In this document: positions 35,633 to 50,766 of the stretch, one piece after another
How the letters are laid out: every line of letters starts with the position of its first letter
How positions within the stretch are numbered: position 1 is the first letter of the stretch
Source: the human T2T-CHM13v2.0 reference genome, Homo sapiens
NCBI RefSeq assembly: GCF_009914755.1
Contig: NC_060932.1
DNA: 64,000 nt
Strand: one strand, 5' to 3'
Position numbers and translations under genes: made by a program
Notes under the pieces: model-generated
Told to the model about the DNA's origin: nothing
Seen by the model: the letters and a program-made list of their open reading frames with translations, nothing else
The model's database searches: none

Positions 35633-36099
35633 AGACAGAGTCTTGCTCTGTCGCCTAGGCTGGAGTGCAGTGGCATGATCTCAGCTCACTGCAACCTCTG
35701 CCTTCTGGTTCAAGTGATTCTCCTGCCTCAGCCTCCTAAGTAGCTGGAATTACAGGCATGTGCCACCATGACCAGCTAATTTTTTGTATTTTTAGTAGAG
35801 ATGAGGTTTCACCATGTTGGCCAGGGGCCAGGCTGGTCTCAAACTTCTGTCCTCAGGTGATCTGCCTGCCTTGGTCTCCCAAAGTGCAGGGATTACAGGC
35901 ATGAGCCACTGTGCCCAGCCCTTTTGAATTTAGAATATAACCTCTCTACCATGTTCCTCTTCCATTACATTGACTTATTAGATGTAAGTGGCCAGTTGTC
36001 TTAAAGGATGTCCCATACACTTGTCTTGTTTGTTTCATCATAGTGTCATTTACATTTTTTCTCTACTCTTGTGTTTTCTGTACACTGAGTTGTGTCAAA

Positions 36100-37205
36100 A
36101 CTGAATTCTTTGTCAGGTCATTTGTGGATTTCCATTTCTTGTTACTGGTGCTTTAGTTTGAAACTTTGGTGGTGTCACGTTTCCCTGATTATTTGAGTTT
36201 CTATGGCCATGTGTTGGTGTCTGCGCATTTGAAGAAACATGCATCTATTCTGATCTTTTCATTTTTTTGAGACAGAGCCTCGCTCTGTTACCCATGCTAG
36301 AGTATAGTGGTGTGATCTTGGCTCACTGCAACCTCCACTTCTCCAATTCTCATGCCTCAGTCTCCCAGGTGGCTGGAATTACAGGCATGCACCACCATGC
36401 CTGACTAATTTTTGTATTTCTAGTAGAGATTGGGTTTTGCCATTTGGCCAGGCTGGCCTCAAACTTCTGGCCTCAAGTGATCCACCTGCCTTGGCCTTCC
36501 AAAGTGTTGGAATTACAGGCATGAGCCACCGCGCCCACCCACTTATTTTAATCTTTACAGGCTGACTTTGTTAGGAAAAGCCATTTGCCAGTCAGCCTGT
36601 CCAGAGTTTCTTGGTGGGCCATCATGGCAGGCTTACTGCTGGAGGCCTAAGGCAGACTGGCCTGGTATTTGGGTCCACAGGGCCTGGGCATCATGCCTGG
36701 GTCTGTGGGGTTGGGCCTGGAGCCTGGGTCCGCTGTGTCAACTGATTCTCTGAGGTTGGGCCTGAAGCCTAGATCTGCAAGGACAGGCCTGGATCCTGGA
36801 TCCATGGGTGCTGACCTGAAGCCTTCTGTGAGTCCACAGAAGCTGACTTGGCACCAAAGTGGGCCTTGAGCCTTAGTCTGTGAGGGCTGGCCTGGCACTG
36901 GGATAGGCTTGATGTCCAAGTCCATAAGAATGTTTCTGGAGTCTGAGCCTGTGGGGGCACACCTAGGTCTTGGGTCCATGGAGGCCAGCCTAAAGCCTGG
37001 GTCTGCAGGGTCTAGTGTAGAGCCCAGGTTTGCAGGTGCTGGCCTGGTGCCTGGGTTTGCAGGGGCTGGCCAGGAGGCTGGATCTGCAGTGGTCAGCCTG
37101 GAGTCTGAGGCCACGGGGCTGTGCTGAGGTGGGCCTGGAGGCTGGGTCTACAGGAGCAGGCTTGTGTCCTGGAGCCACAGGGGCTGGCCTTGAGCTTGGG
37201 TCTCA
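36100..37205 (-). mobile_element. Old L1 (L1M-type) 5' region with a degenerate ~30-bp GC-rich tandem array (36640-37205)
   Basis: Recurring ggggctggcctggagcctgggtc-like units, preceded by L1M-like sequence (tttggtggtgtcacgtttccctgatt...ctgcgcatttgaagaa). Confidence 0.55.
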
Positions 37206-37681
37206 AATCCCCATTTATTAGAGCCTGTTATGTAATATGGCATTAGCTTAGGCATTGCATTTTGCATGTAGTAGACTTTGAGTGATGTTTTATGGCTTAC
37301 CCACTCCAGTCTTCTTTATTCATAATGCAAATTGCAAGGATTAGAAAAATTCCTGGTCACTGAAAAAGAGCTTAAATAATTTGTAATTTGGCCACAGAAG
37401 AAAATATTTGAGGGAAATTTAGAGATTGAATTAAGAATTTTAAAAAAGTTTAAAAATTTTTTAAGCCCAGGAATTCTGGGCTAGCCTGGGAAACAGAGTG
37501 AGACCCTGGCTCTCAAAAAACGAAAAACAATTAGCTAGGCATGGTAGATGGTGGTGCGTGCCTGTAGTCCCAGCTACTCAACTACTAAAAGTCTACTACA
37601 TGCAAAATACAATGCCTAAGCTACAGGCAGTGGCTCACGCCTGTAATCCCAGCACTTTGGGAGGCTGAGGCGGGCGGATCA

Positions 37682-38008
<327 letters not shown>

Positions 38009-38877
38009 TTACAAAATGGTCCTAGCTCATTCTCTCTCTCTCTCTCACTCACTCTCTTTCTATATATATATTTTGAGACAGAGTTTTGCTCTTGTCACCC
38101 AGGCTGGAGTGCAATGTCATGGCATGGTCTCAGCTCACTGCAACCTCCACCGCCCCGGTTAAAGCAATTCTCCTGCTTAGCCTCCGGAGTGGCTGGGATT
38201 ACAGGCGTGCACCGCCACACCCAGCTAATTTTGTGTTTTTAGTAGAGATGGAGTTTCACCATGTTGGCCAGGCTGGTCTTGAACTCCTGACCTCAGGTGA
38301 TCCACCTGCCTTGGCCTCCCAAAGTGCTGGGATTACAGGAGCGAGTCACCGTGCCTGGCCTATATTTTTAATTAATAGATAAATGGTATAGCTTCAAGCC
38401 ATGATTGATTTTCCTCAGTCTGTAGTAGTTTCACTTCTGTCATACATCTGGTTGATGGTCTCAGTGATATCATTAGGGCTTCTCCATATTTATGATTCCA
38501 CATTCAAAATAGGTCACGAAAGTTAAATTAGCGAAATTTTAATTATTCATGGGAGAGGAAAAGTTTGGGATTAAATGTACAGCAGATTAAAGATCTTTAT
38601 AATGGCCACATTCTTTACCAGGGATCTTGAGAAATTGTATCTCATGAACTCGTTGGGATACTTCTAGCTAGAGATAGTAAAAGGTTGGTGAAATGTATAT
38701 GGAAGTTCCTTGTACTGTTTTTGCAGTTTTTCTGCAAATTTGAAATTATTTCATCATAAAACGTTAAAAATAAAGACTCTGCTGGGTGCAGTGGCTCACG
38801 CCTGTAATCCCAGCACTTTGGGAGGCTGAGGTGGGTGATCACCTGAGGCCAGGGGTTCGAGACCAGCCTGGCCATCA

Positions 38878-39222
<345 letters not shown>

Positions 39223-40045
39223 CTACAAAAATAAAAATTAGCTGGGCATTGTGGTGCATGCCTGTGGTCCTAGCTACTCAGGAGGCTGAGTTGAGAGGAT
39301 TGCTTGAGTCTGGGAGGTTGAGGCTACAGTGAGCTGTGATTGTGCCACCGCACTCCAGCCGGATGACAGAGGGAGACCCCATCTTAAAAAAAAAAAAAAA
39401 AGACTCTGGTTCCCAAAATAAATGAAATAGATACATTGAGTATATTGTATATACTGTATATTTCTATTTGGGTACCACACATGTATTATTACTAATATAT
39501 TTTATTTATATGTCCTTATCAGAACATAGTTACCTTTTTCTGGCTGGGCACGGTGGCTCACGCCTGCAATCCCAGCACTTTGGGAGGCCGAGGTGGGTGG
39601 ATCACTTGAGGTCAGGAGTTTGAGTCCAGCCTGGCCAACATGGTGAAACCCCATCTCTACTAAAAATACAAAAATTAGCTGGGCGTGGTGGCGGAGTCTG
39701 TAATCCCACTACTTAGGAGGCTGAGGGAGGAAAATCAGTCACTTGAACCTGAGAGGCAGAAGTTGCAGTGAGCCGAGATTGTGCCACTGCACTCCAGCCT
39801 GGGCGACAAGAATGAGACTGCATCTCAAAACACACACACGCATGCACACACACACACATGAACATAGTTACATTTTTCTAGATGTAATTCCAAAGCTATT
39901 GGTTTATCCTTCTGAGTCTATAGGAGATTAGGGCTAGGTGCAATGGCTCATGCCTGTAATCCCAGCATATTGGAAGGCGGAGGCTGGAGGACACCTTGAG
40001 GCCAGGAATTCGATACCAGCCCAGGCAATTTAGGGAGACCCTGCC

Positions 40046-40048
<3 letters not shown>

Positions 40049-40078
<30 letters not shown>
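40049..40078 (+). repeat. (CA)n microsatellite in an Alu linker
   Basis: Visible AC run replacing the Alu middle A-rich region. Confidence 0.9.
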
Positions 40079-40083
<5 letters not shown>

Positions 40084-41620
40084 TCGTGGCGCGTGCCTGT
40101 AGGTTCAGCTCTTTGGTAGGCTGAGGTTGGAGGATTGCTTAGGTTGCAGTGAGCCATGATTGTGCCACTGCACTTCAACCTAGCGACAAAGCAAGACCCT
40201 GTCTCAAGAAAAAAAAAAAAAAAAACTGTAGGAGATTAAAGGAAGCAAATCAGAAATCTGGAGAGGTAGTATTTAGCAATCTATTAGAAATGGAAGTTGC
40301 AGGAAAAGGGAGAGATCTAAGAACTAAAAAAAGGTAGAAATAATTATAAATCCTTCAATACCTCCTGGAGCATTGCTGTTTTACAGCTTTGCAAAATAAT
40401 GGAATGAATGAGTTAATACTGATTAATGAATTTATATATGTAAAGCAATTAGAACAGTGTCTGTCATATGGTAAGCACAAAATAAATATTAGCTCTTATT
40501 TGTTTATTATATTTTTGTGTTGTCACCCAAAGGGTAAATTCAGCTCCTTTATTTCTAAGAAGGCAAGAAACTGTGTAATATGTTGTGCTGGATGAACTGT
40601 TGAAGGAGATAATGAAACCGCAATGCCTCCCATGTACCCATGAGAAACATAGACCCACTGTTCCCCACTTTCCACCTCCCTGCCCCCAGTCTGAGTTGCG
40701 ATTGCTTATGGAGTGTGTTCTGCTAGGGAACTTGTCCCAGTGGCTAGAATATTTTCTTTTCTTTTTTATTTATGTGTTTAATTTCATTTATTTAAATTTT
40801 TTTTTTTTTTTTTTTTTTTTTTAGAGACGGGGTCTTTCTCTGTCACCCAGGTTGAAGTGTAGTGGAGCAGTAGCTCACTGCAGCCTCAAATTCCTGGGCT
40901 CAAGCGTCCTCCTGCCCCAGCCTCCTGAGTAGCTGGGACTACAGGCATGCACCATCATCTACCATGCCCAGCTAATTGTTTTTTGTTTGTTTTTTTTTTG
41001 AGAGTCAGGGTCTCGCTCTGTTTCCCAGGTTGGCCCAGAACTCCTGGGCTTAAGCGATCTTTGTGCCTTGGCCTCCCAAAGTGTTGGGTTTACAGGTGCA
41101 AGCCACCACGCCCAGCTCCAGTAGCTAGAATAGCCATGTGGATAAAGGTGGGCATTGTGGCTCACCGTAGAAGGCAGTCATGTAAATAGACGATTCCAAA
41201 TGGTTTCACAGCAACAGAGGCAGACAGAGGTGAGAAAAAGGGATAATGGAAGGAGTGGAAATGGATGGTGGAGAAGCACGTCCTTAGCTATGTAGAAGTC
41301 TCAGCTATCCACAGTGAATCATTTCCTTAAAGTTCAGCTGGCATCTAGAACTTTAATAATGGAATGAAATGTTTTGTAGCTGGAAAGGGAATTTCAGAGC
41401 ATAGGAAAGCAGAAGTCGAGAAAGTAACACAGTGTTTGAACATTGGTTCCAGGCCTTTTTCGCTGCCTGTGACAAATCACTTAATCTCACTGGGCCTTAA
41501 TTCCTCTCCTATAAATGGAGAATTAATATTCCACCAGGCCCTGTTGATGTCTCGGGGCTGTTATGAGACTTATGGATCACACACACGCACACACAGGCAT
41601 GCACACATCCTAAAGTGCTA

Positions 41621-41965
<345 letters not shown>

Positions 41966-42207
41966 CTAATTTAAGGACATATTTTGAAGGTGAGTGGTGG
42001 GGTTCAGTAAGCCTGTCCCAGGCTCCTCCAAAATTACCCCTCAATGGCAGTAAAGCATATTTATTAAGAGCATGTGCTTTGGAGTCAGATACCTGAGTGT
42101 GAATACTGGCTCTCTGCCTGAGTGTCTCTAAATCTCAATTTGTTCATTTAGACTGTGATATGACTTCTTGTGATGATTAAATTAAATAAAATATGTAAAT
42201 CCTTTAT

Positions 42208-42859
42208 TGTTACCAGAAAGGGGTCTGGATCTAGACCCCAACAGAGGGTTCTTGGATCTCGCACAAGAAAGAATTCGGGGCAAGTCCGTAGAGTAAATGA
42301 AAGCAAGTTTATTAAGAAGGTAAAGGAACGAAAGAATGGCTACTCCATAGGCAGAGTGGCAGCTTGGACTGGTGGGCTAAGAATACTTACAGTTATTTCT
42401 TGATTATATGCTAAACAGGGGGTGGATAATTCATGAGTTTTCTGGGAAAGGCGTGGGCAATACCCGGAACTGAGGGTTTCTCCCTCTTTTAGACCATATA
42501 GAGTATATAGGGTCTAAACATCTAACTTCCTGACGTTGCCATGGCATCTGTAAACTGTCATGGCGCTGGTGGGAGTGTCTTTTAGCATGCTAATGTACTA
42601 TAATTAGCATATGAGCAGTGAGGACGACCAGAGGTCACTCCTGTCATCATCTTGGTTGTGGTGGGTTTTTGCCAGCTTCTTTACTACAACCTGTTTTATC
42701 AGCAAGGTCTTTGTGACCTGTATTTTGTGCTGACCTCCTATCTCATCCTGTGACTAAGAATGCCTTAACATCCTGGGAACACAGCCCAGTAGGTCTTAGC
42801 CTTATTTTTACCTAGCTCCTATTCAAGATGGAGTTGCTTTGGTTCAAACACCTCTGGCA
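42208..42859 (-). mobile_element. MER41 LTR (MER41B-type, GAS segment retained) inserted in a MIR
   Basis: Reverse complement begins TGCCAGAGGTGTTTGAACCAAAGCAACTCCATCTTGAATAGG (MER41 5' end); GAS segment at 42440-42469; flanks TTAT/TTAC (3 of 4 TSD bases match). Confidence 0.85.
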
Positions 42860-43305
42860 TTACCACAGTACCTGGTTCATGATAAGCACTCAACAAATGA
42901 CTATTTTGATTACCCCACTGTGTGTAAGCATATACTAACATTGTCCTCATGAAAACTTTATTTGTTCATTCACTCCTTTATTTTTTGTGTGTGATGTGTA
43001 TCATGTCTTGAGTCTCCTTTCATTTAAGTTGACATAAAGGAAATGAGGCAAGTATTAGGAATAATTTGAAGAGGTCATCTATGGTGACCACATTTTCTGA
43101 ACTAAGAATCTGAACATATTATCTGACAAAGGCATGAGTGTATGGAAGAAGATAATGGGACAGGATCTTTGAAATTGGGTTGACTTAGAAAATCTGGGAC
43201 CTGTTGGAGGGGTAAATGAACAGGAAGAAAGAAAGCAGGGAAGGCCGGGAGCTGTGGCTTATGCCTGTAATCCCAGCACTTTGGGTGGCCGAGGTGGGCG
43301 GATCA

Positions 43306-44047
<742 letters not shown>

Positions 44048-45411
44048 TCAGCCACTGGAGGCTGCTCTGGTTTTTCTTATTAAGTGGCTCTGTATCGCAA
44101 ACAGTTTACTAGCCAGGAAATCTCACACACAACACTAGAGATCCCAAATATGAGGGAAATGTGATCACCAAAAGAGGAAACCGTAGAGTCAGAGCTATTA
44201 GTCGCTGGTAGAAGGATGGATGGATGGATCATGAAGAAGGGATCTCCTTTGAGGACTAAACTGTTATTTCTGAAAGTCTGGTGAGGAAGTAGGTGGGCTA
44301 AACCACAGGACATCTGAACTTTATAGAACTCAGATTTCCTCCTAATTAGAGAGCATAACAGGTAGGTAAATACCTCTGGGGAAGAAGTGTCAAATTCACA
44401 TGGAGGTGCAAATGACTAACATCAGGCCCTTTCCTGAAAGTGAAATTTTATGGGACAGAGGAAGGAAATAAATGTTTCCTCCTATTTCCTTTTTTATTTT
44501 TGCATCTTCCATGAGATCTGAAAACATTTCTTTCTAAAAGCGTTTCTAATTATTAACCTTTCTATTATGGAAACAATTAACAAAAGAAAGAAATAATATG
44601 TATTACTCTTATTCCCACAAGGCAAAGATAACTTCTGCTGACTTGGTGAATTTATTTTCAGTTTTAAGGTTTGACACTGGAAGTATAGAATAAATTTATA
44701 AGACAAAACATTTGGAAACCGTATTAATTTTTAAACTCTAGTATATTAAATATTCATTGTTTTGAATTTAGCAAATGCATAAAAACACAACAAGACAATT
44801 TAAAAAAATCATCCCAAATCCCAGCACTTAGAGATAGACATAATTATATTTTGCTGTTTTGCTTTCCATTTGTCCCTGTGCATACACAGATGCACACATA
44901 TTTTTATGAAAATTAGAATCATAGTGTATATAACTATTTTGTAACTTGCCTTTTTTTCTGCTAAGGAGTATTTCATGACTATTGCTCCATTTACTAAATT
45001 TTTTTAATACAAACTGTTTTAAACAGTTGCATATTATTTTGTTGTGTGAATGTATTATCATGTAACCAATTAGAAAGGGACATTTAAAAAATTGCAAGGA
45101 AAGAAGTTATTTTCTAATACCCTTAAGCAATTTGAAAATAACCATTTAAATCCAAACAATTATAAAATTCTTATTTGTCTACAAGAGAAGATTCAATAAA
45201 GCAACTGAAGTAGGAGACAATAAAAATAAAAATAAAACAAAGCAAAATAAAAAATAATAAGAAAAGAAAAGAAAGCAAAACAAAAACACAGCACAATCTT
45301 ATAATTTTTCAGCTTTAGTCTATAATTTAGTTTTCTGTTAACTCAAATGAATCTTCCTAGTAAGACTAAACCAGAGGGGCTTCCATGTTAGCATTTATCC
45401 TACAAGGACTC

Positions 45412-45874
45412 TTTCACTCGCGTCCGTGTGAAGAGACCACCCTTTGTGTCAGCTTCGTGTCAGCAACAAGGCTGTTTATTTCACCTGGGTGCAGGCGGGC
45501 TGAGTCCGAAAAGAGAGTCAGCGAAGGGAGATAGGGGTGGGGCCGTTTTATAGGATTTGGGTAGGTAAAGGAAAATTACAGTCAAAGGGGGTTGTTCTCT
45601 GGCGGGCAGGGGTCAGGGGTCACGAGGTGCTCAGTGGGGGAGCTTTCTGAGCCAGGATGAGCCAGGAGAAGGAATTTCACAAGGTAATGTCATCAGTTAA
45701 GGCAAGGACCGGCCATTTTCACTTCTTTTGTGGTGGAATGTCATCAGTTAAGGCAGGAACAGGCCATTTAAATTTCACTTCTTTTGTGATTCTTCAGTTA
45801 CTTCAGGCCATCTGGATGTATATGTGCAGGTCACAGGGGATATGATGGCTTAGCTTGGGCTCAGAGGCCTGACA
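45412..45874 (-). mobile_element. Solo HERV-H LTR7
   Basis: Reverse complement begins TGTCAGGCCTCTGAGCCCAAGCTAAGCC; CCTTAACTGATGAC repeats; TATAAAA at 45552-45546; perfect 5-bp TSD GACTC at 45407-45411 and 45875-45879. Confidence 0.93.
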
Positions 45875-46030
45875 GACTCCAACTCAATCTGCTCCAAACC
45901 CAAACTGGTTTCATTTTGCTCCCCTATCTCATTAGGAATGTTTCTCCCTTTCCTTCAGTTGCCTTATTCTAAAACCTCAACTCGGGCTCCCTTGGTTCCT
46001 TCCTCACCCCCACCCGATCCAGTGTATTGA

Positions 46031-46369
<339 letters not shown>

Positions 46370-48884
46370 TGATCCACCCACCTAGGTCTCCCAAAGTGCT
46401 AGTATTACAGACATGAGCCACCATGCCAGGCCTTCCATTTTGTTTTTAAATTTTTAAATTTTTTTATTTTTTGTAGAGATGGGATCTCACTATATTGCCC
46501 AGGCTGGTCTTGAACTCCTGGGCTCAAGCAGACCTCCCTCTTTGGCCTCCTAAAGTGCTGGGATTACAGGTGTAAGCCATTACACCCAGCTTCCAGTATT
46601 TTGAATTTACTCTAGGCCAGGTGTGGTGGTTTGCGTTTGTAATCCAGCACTTTGGGAGGGCAAGGCAGGTGGATCATGAGCTCAGGAGTTTGAGACCAGC
46701 CTGGGAAACATGGTGAAACCCTGTGTCTACCAAAGATACAAAAATTAGCCGGGCGTGGTGGCGCATGCCTGTGGTTCCAGCTACTCAGGTGGCTGAGGTG
46801 ACAGGATTGCTGGAACCTGGAAGTCGAGGTGGCAATGAGTCATGATGGTACCACCGCACACCAGCCTGGGTGACAGAGTGAGACCCTATCTCAAAAATAA
46901 ATAAATAAATAAATAAATAAATTTACTGCAAATATATTTTCTACATTACTGGGTAGTGACCTTTTATTTTTAACTAATTTTTTTGAGGCAGGGTCTTGCT
47001 CTGTTGCCCAGCCTGGAGTGCAGTGGTACAATCATAGCTCACTGCAGCCTCAAGCTCCTGGGCTCAAGTGATCATCCTGCCTTGGCCTCCTGAGTAGCTG
47101 GGACTACAGGTGTGCACCACCTGGCCAAGCTAATTTTTAAAAATTATTTTTTATACAGCTACTCAGGAGGCTGAGGCAGGAGGATCGCTTGAATTTGGGA
47201 GGCGGAGGTTACAGTGAGCCAAGATCATGCCACTGCACTCCAGCCTGGGCAACAGAGCGAGACTCCATCTAAAAAAAAAAAAAATATTTTTTGTAAAGAC
47301 AGGAGTCTTGCTATATTGCCCAGGTTGGTCTTGAACTCCTGGCCTCAAGTGATCCTTCTGCCTCAGCCTCCCAAAGTGCTGGGATTATAGGTATGAGCCA
47401 TTGTACCCAGCCAGAGTTAATCTTTTTTTGTTTTGTTTTGTTTTTTACCTGTCACCCAGGATGGAGAGCAGTGGCATGATCTCGGCTCACTGCAACCTCC
47501 TGCGTTGAAGTGATTCTCCTGCCTCAGCCTCCCAAGTAGCTGGGACTACAGGTGCCCACCACCATGCCCAGCTAATATTTTTTGTATTTGTAGTAGAGAC
47601 AGGGTTTCACCATGTTGGTTAGGCTGGTCTTGAACTCCTGACCTCAGGCAATCTGCTGTCCTCGGCCTCCCAAAGTGCTGGGATTACAGGCGTCAGCCAC
47701 TGCACCTTACCTAGTAGTCACCTTCTAAGTGCAAATTTTTCCTGGGCGCGGTGGTTCACTCCTGTAATTTAGTGCTTTGGGAGGCTGAGGAGGGCAGATC
47801 ACCTGAGGTCAGGTGTGAGGGTGTGTGCCTGTAATCCCAGCAACTCAAAAGGCTGAAGCAGGAGAATTGCTTGAACTGGGGAGGCAGAGGTTGTAGTGAG
47901 CCGGGTTGAACCACTGCACTCCAGCCTGGGTGACAGAATGAGACTCTCTCTCAATTAAAAAAAAAAAAAGAAAAATTTAAAAAAGCAAACTTGCTTTTGT
48001 CCCAGCTGCTTAAAGTAGTTTGATGGCTCCCAGCTGACTGTAGAGAAATTCCAGATTCTTTAGTGTGGGGCCCCTGTCTAGCCTCATTTCTGGCTATTTC
48101 CCACCTTGAATTCTATTGCACACCAGTCCTAAGAAACAATGTAAAAATTCAAAATATTCCATGTTTTTTTTCATCTTCATGTCTTTGAATGGGCCTAGGA
48201 TCAATTAGCCTGTTCTTCTCTTCCATTTTGCTTGGCTAAATCTGCTCATCATTTAGAGCTTATCTCCAAGGTTATCTCACAAGTTGTATGTGTCTCTCCT
48301 TCTCACTCTCCAATCTAGGTAGTTATCTCTTTTATGCACTGGATAGCCCCCGAAGCATAATTCTATTATAGTGCTTATCATACTGCATCATAATACCTGT
48401 TTTTCTCATACTAAACAGTGAGCCATCTGAGCTAGGGGCACTGGTTTTTAGCTCTATGTTCCATTTTTTTTTCTGCTTAGTACTTGGGACATTGATGGTG
48501 CTCTGTAAATATTTTACTCAATAGTTAATGATTGACACTTTGGAGTGAAGAAGGGCTCAAACCATTCATCAACAGGTATTAGAGTCAAGAAAGTAATTAA
48601 TTTCTGATGTGTGGGAATTTATCAGGACCTGGGATATAGCTTAGGGCACTTCACTGAGAGAGGTAAAATGCCCCTTATAAGTAAGGAAGGAGTTTGTGTT
48701 TGTGAATCTATTCTTTGTTAAGTGCATGGGTGCAGTGATTTAAAAACATGTTTATATGGGGATGGTGGCGCATATTTGTAGTCCCAGCTACACGGGATGA
48801 TTGTGAATTTGAGCTGAGCCCAGTTTGGGCAAAATAGAGAGACTGTAGTCTCAAAAAACAAAACCAAACCAAAGAAAACTTATA

Positions 48885-50048
<1,164 letters not shown>

Positions 50049-50477
50049 CACTCAATGGGCAAGGCCAAGATGGCTCTGAGCTCCTTATGTTGAAGCATGG
50101 CTGCTTTCTAGCAGGCACCACTGAGAACTTTCAAAGCCTGATGATACTTCTGTTCTTTGTGAAAATATTCTCATCTTGAAATATAACTGTGGCTTTTATA
50201 GGTACCCCCAGAGCCCTAAAGAGCTCCAGACACAGCATAATTAGGTGGGCAGCTCAACCAGTTCACTGAATTGGCTGTTTTTCTATATCAGCGAAAAGAG
50301 AAGTATCTTAGTTCATTTTGTGCTGCTGTAACAGAATCCCACAAACTGGGTAATTTATAAAACACAGCAATTTATTTCTCACTGGAAGCTGAGAAGTTCA
50401 AGATTGAGATGCCTGGCCAGGTGCAGTAGCTCACACCTGTAATCTCAGCACTTTGGGAGGCCGAGGCAGATGGATCA

Positions 50478-50669
<192 letters not shown>

Positions 50670-50766
50670 CTAGGTGACAGAGTGAGACTCGTCTCAAAAA
50701 AAAAAAAAAAAAAAAAAATAGATTGAGATGCCAGCATCTGGTGGGAGCCTTCTTGCTGTGTCCTAA

